A stretch of 54,026 bases of DNA, filler included, from Bipalium vagum (taxonomy: Eukaryota): assembly GCA_037834085.1 (NCBI GenBank). It is 3 parts of 3 records of this genome, joined end to end, with 100 filler letters (N's around TTAATTAATTAA, not from the genome) between each part and the next. Parts side by side here need not be neighbours in the genome. Positions count along the whole stretch, not along the records: positions 37,134 to 54,026 come from JBBMKC010082905.1; 2 more parts are not named here. One strand, 5' to 3'. Position 1 is the stretch's first letter, and each line of letters begins with the position of its first letter. Both the position numbers and the translations under genes were made by a program. The notes under the pieces are model-generated. The model had not been told where the DNA came from and ran no database searches. It worked only from the letters and a program-made list of their open reading frames with translations. This document shows positions 49,960 to 54,026 of the stretch, piece after piece.

Positions 49960-50760
49960 GATCTGATTGGTGGAAACGAAAACGTTGGTGTCGTGCAGAG
50001 AAAGTCGCTCCTGTGTCGGTGACGTCACAGCGTTTTACAGGCGTACACGCGACCGTGTGTGTCTAGTCTTTCACAGAGGAGGAGCACTGCACCAACATAC
50101 AGCACAGCTTGCCACTGAGTCGAACGTGGGGATCTCCGAACCTCTTCGATCCGATCAAAATGACGCAAAATCAATGTGCACTCGTTACCACCCATGCCCA
50201 CAAGCTGACCGCAAACATGTCGTACCCAGTCTCCGTTTAGGCAGTCGTTCGATGGTTTATTTTAGCCTACCGATTTCTTTCAATAATGCTTCTCCATGGT
50301 TACAGCTCGCCTGCTAATTTACTTAACGATTTTCGGCCAGTGAAAACACTTTCAACCGAAGGGTTGTTTGAATGATCACTTTGGCGCGAAACGAAATTTG
50401 AATCGGGTAACATAAAATATTTCCCGATCAAGTTAAAATCCATTGTAACGTTCAATTGGGATCGGAAATGACATCGATCCGGTTCCGTCGTGCCGGGTAT
50501 TTGCAAAGAAATTTGCTTGAAAAATCTTTGTATAAATATTCGTCTGGGGCGTTCACAATTTGAACCAAGACTGCATTTTCTCTTGGACGCTCACTTGTGG
50601 GCTGATCGAATTACAATTTGACAAATTTCAATTCGCGCTCTCGTTTCCTTGGCCATGGTCGCGCTGTTGTAAACATTCGGCTTATCGTAAACAATTCCCT
50701 GTTTTAATATGTAACAATTTGTACTGGTAATTTTACTTTTTTAAGTTTTCGCGTGGGTGG
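49960..50760 (-). promoter_or_regulatory. Putative promoter/5'UTR region with CRE and E2F/CHR-like motifs
   Basis: CpG-rich block 0.2-1 kb upstream of the ATG. GTGACGTCAC at 50019-50028, TTTGGCGCGAAA at 50380-50391, TTTGAA at 50367 and 50397. Confidence 0.5.
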
Positions 50761-51099
50761 TCAGGTTATCTCTTCAGTGATTCCTCTAAAGGTTGTCTTA
50801 AGAGTTACGAACTTCAAAGCTCGAATGTCGGGAAACAGATTTTTTTTTATTTTTTAAAAATAATTCAACGATCCGTTTCTTTTTTTTTTTGGTGGTCGGA
50901 GGGCAGATTAGAAATATTAGGTGACTTAACAAGTTTCCGCCCCTGTTCAAGTAAGGAACCGACAATTTTATTTTCGAATAACAAGTAAGCTTTATTGAGA
51001 GGAATATGTTCCAAGTCTTTTCCGGAAACCATTGGAACTCCATTAAGAAAATACTGCAGAGAGAAAGAAACGATAGTCCCACGATGTGTGGTCTAGATC

Positions 51100-51870
51100 A
51101 TATTCTGGATTCCAGTCAAAGTCTTTCAAATTGGCGAGTCATTAAAGATGTTCGTGATCGAGGGTTATCGTGATGGAACAGAGCTCTGTCCGTTGAGTAT
51201 TTCAGAACAGGTATCTTTCATCTCGTCATTTGACCTTTCAAATTCACAACAAAAGAATAATGAATCAATTGGTTGACCAGGTTCCAGCAATTTATGATAT
51301 TAAATTCCTTTCAAATCTCAGAAAACAGACGATATAACCTTCCTTAAAGATACTCCTGGCTTTGCAATCCTTTTGTGGAGTTTCATCTTTTTGAGACCGC
51401 GACCATTTTCTGTCATTATTATCTTACGTGATCCAATGTTTTTCTTTTTCCGGTGATCACATTTTAAAGAAATAGCTTTAGTTCATTTGGTTTCACTAAA
51501 GATTCACAAATGGAAATTCTGCTGATTAAATTCATTTCAGGTAATGATGAGACACACAAATATCAAGCTTCTTCTGGTAACCACGTTTTTACAGACGATT
51601 TGTAACAGACTAAGACTGTAATAACTGATCATGTGACGGTCTTGCTTGATTATTTTCATGATTTCATCGTCCTTATCTGTGATTGGTCAGCCAACACGTG
51701 GTGGATCTTTCAACTCAAAGTTCCATTGATAAAAAGTGCGAATCACTCCCGCACCATTATTTCTGATATAATATCTGGCTTTTTGACGGTATGACTAACA
51801 TTTTCCCCTGCCAGGAAATACCATCAGATTTCCTCTTTTTTGAAACTTTTGCGACGTATCTTAATTCAGA
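51100..51870 (-). mobile_element. Degenerate mariner
   Basis: Minus strand has remnants of WF..F..G.F.LKDPPRVG*P, ITGK.K.I.SRK and LFHHDN. Confidence 0.65.
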
Positions 51871-52919
51871 TAATCAAATTATTTAATTATCGTTTCATAT
51901 TTTTCGTACTCTTTAAATTTTCCCTTGTCTTTGAGATAATTTTTCGGAAATTATCTTAAACGAATCTTTGTTTTGATATTAACGTAGAGACTGCCATTAT
52001 GAAAGACAATTGACTGACTTTTGCTCATTGATTAAATGGTGAACCAACCAAAATCCGGACACTTAAACTAGTTAATGAAAACAAAATGACAAAATCAATC
52101 ACTAAGAACAAAAATATTTTAACACTATATGAACTAAAATATATTTGTGCAAGATTATATTTCTGTTTTCCAATTCCATTGATCGTAATATTAATGAGTA
52201 TTGATTTTTTCATATAAATATGAATTGATTTAAAAAGAAGATAAACTTAGCTGCCATGTGGATGAATATTAATTTTCTGGCTAATTTAATATTACGGATA
52301 TAGACAGATAAAAATGTCCGAATTTTGGTTGGTTTACCTTTTATTGTTCTTATCGTAACTTTTATGTTATTGTATGTTTTATTGAATTTCTTTGCTAGTT
52401 ACAAAAATCTATTTTAGTTTATTTTTGTGAAAGAAAATTCCTAATTTTAATAATATTAATAAAGACTTTAATCATAAATTTTCTCCATGAAAATAATACA
52501 TATATATTATTATTTTTTTTATATGAATTGATCAAATTATTATTTTGGAAAATTGTTTGAATTAGACGTTTTTTAAATTTTGAACGCCCTGTTTCCGTTT
52601 CCATGAAGAATCTTTCATTCTCTGAACTCAAAAAATTGAGGAAAACAGAGTCTTTGGTATCGACAGTAAAAGGAGTTAAGATTCAACTTCAATTTAAAGC
52701 GTTTGGGCAGGTTATGAAATTTTAATTGCTATGACATAATCTATTTTAACAGAAATAAGGAAATATTTATAAATTTAAAAAATAATAATAATAAATATAA
52801 ATTCTGGATGAGATAAAATTGACTGTAATGAAAAGATTAAACAAATAAAAATTTTATAAACAATATAATATAATATGAAAGATAATATATAAAATAAATA
52901 TTTGAAAAAAAATTATATT

Positions 52920-53105
52920 TAAAAGTACATTTAGACATGCTAACTGGCACATTCCAGTATCTCCTTCATTACAAACATGACTGATTTTATCCTTGAGCTC
53001 AGCGATTGTATAAGGTCTGTCTCTGTATACATTTTATTTTAGATATCACAAGAAGTCAGGCGGAGTTAGATCGGGTGAACGAGGAGGCCACTCAATTGGA
53101 CCTCA
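52920..53105 (-). mobile_element. rosa/DD41D-like transposase 3' fragment
   Basis: Reads GPIEWPPRSPDLTPPDFL*YLK*NVYRDRPYTIAELKDKI. Confidence 0.85.
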
Positions 53106-54026
53106 GAGTGCAGGTGCGAACTCTAGTCTGACCATATTATCTTGTTGACCAAGGAAGAGTCATTTTGGAATTGTACCAACATTGTCTGACAAAATTCTAT
53201 TCTTCGGTCTAAGTCGTCAACACTGATCTCAATTCTTCATATTTCATTACAAAGACTGCATGTATATTAGTTGAAATTGATTATCAGTTAATTGAAAATT
53301 GATTATTCATCCATTTAATTCAATTGACTTAAATAATTTGGTCATTTCAGCTTAAATATTTTAATTAATAATCTTAAACCATACAAGATTGAAGAATTGA
53401 ATCGCCTTGTCACAAACGTTGGTACCACCGCTGGAACTAACATATGGTGGGAAGATTCTTACTGACTACTTGACATAGAGTTCAATGAGATTCTTTTGCA
53501 TTTTTTCGTGTTTGTAGTCATATAGGAGACATATACATGCCAAAATTTTGCTCTATCATATCTAAAATAGTTTTTACATTATAAAAATCAATTAAATATT
53601 GACATACAATAACAAGAGATTCGCCAGAGACTGACCTTCAAAATGAATATTAAAACAATAGCCATGATATTATTATCAAAAAACAGAATTAAGTCTAGCG
53701 ACATTTCCAAATCAACAACCCAATAAATTAATCTTGATTAATCTGTTTTTTTTTTACTTTTTTTCAAAAATCTCAAAATTTCTTGGTCGCCCATTCCAAT
53801 TATGGAAAATAATCCCAAGATTCAGAAATATAATAAAATAAAATGATGACAATAATGAATGAAAAAGGCTGATATACATAAATAAAGACGAAATATATTC
53901 TGTTGTTATAATTTGAAACCTCTAAAGAAAACTAAATTATTCTTTGGTGTGTTAAGATCCTAAGTTGATGGATAAAAAGGGTTGTCAAAAGTCGGAGCGT
54001 GTAATGACTTAGGTCTCAACGGTTGA

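Noticed and set aside
1-54026. Alternative genetic code, CRISPR array or prokaryotic operon-type system
   Set aside because: Both well-supported genes translate without internal stops in the standard code. No repeat-spacer array is present, and the sequence is eukaryotic and spliced.

Overview
Very AT-rich, intron-containing animal DNA. The 40-55 nt mini-introns and dense mariner relics resemble a planarian-like flatworm, which is an inference. It is not one locus: two artificial 100-bp linkers (44 N + TTAATTAATTAA + 44 N, at 20966-21065 and 37034-37133) join three unrelated scaffolds. Segment A (1-20965) is mostly decayed DNA transposons (mariner, rosa/DD41D-like, ITmD37E-like, Chapaev3-like). 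It also holds a local segmental duplication and a tentative small spliced orphan gene on the minus strand. Segment B (21066-37033) carries 16 phase-consistent exons of a class-V (ATP10-like) P4-ATPase lipid flippase, truncated in TM5 by the scaffold end. Segment C (37134-54026) carries a complete 4-exon minus-strand gene for a 475-aa type I membrane protein with a divergent Cys-rich Ig-like ectodomain and a Tyr/Pro-motif tail. That gene has a GC-rich intronic island and an upstream E2F/CHR/CRE motif cluster. Most ORF-track entries are transposase debris, exon fragments or noise. I see no convincing novel multi-gene system. The best leads are the orphan receptor with its non-coding elements, the flippase substrate motif and a decayed intronless reading frame.
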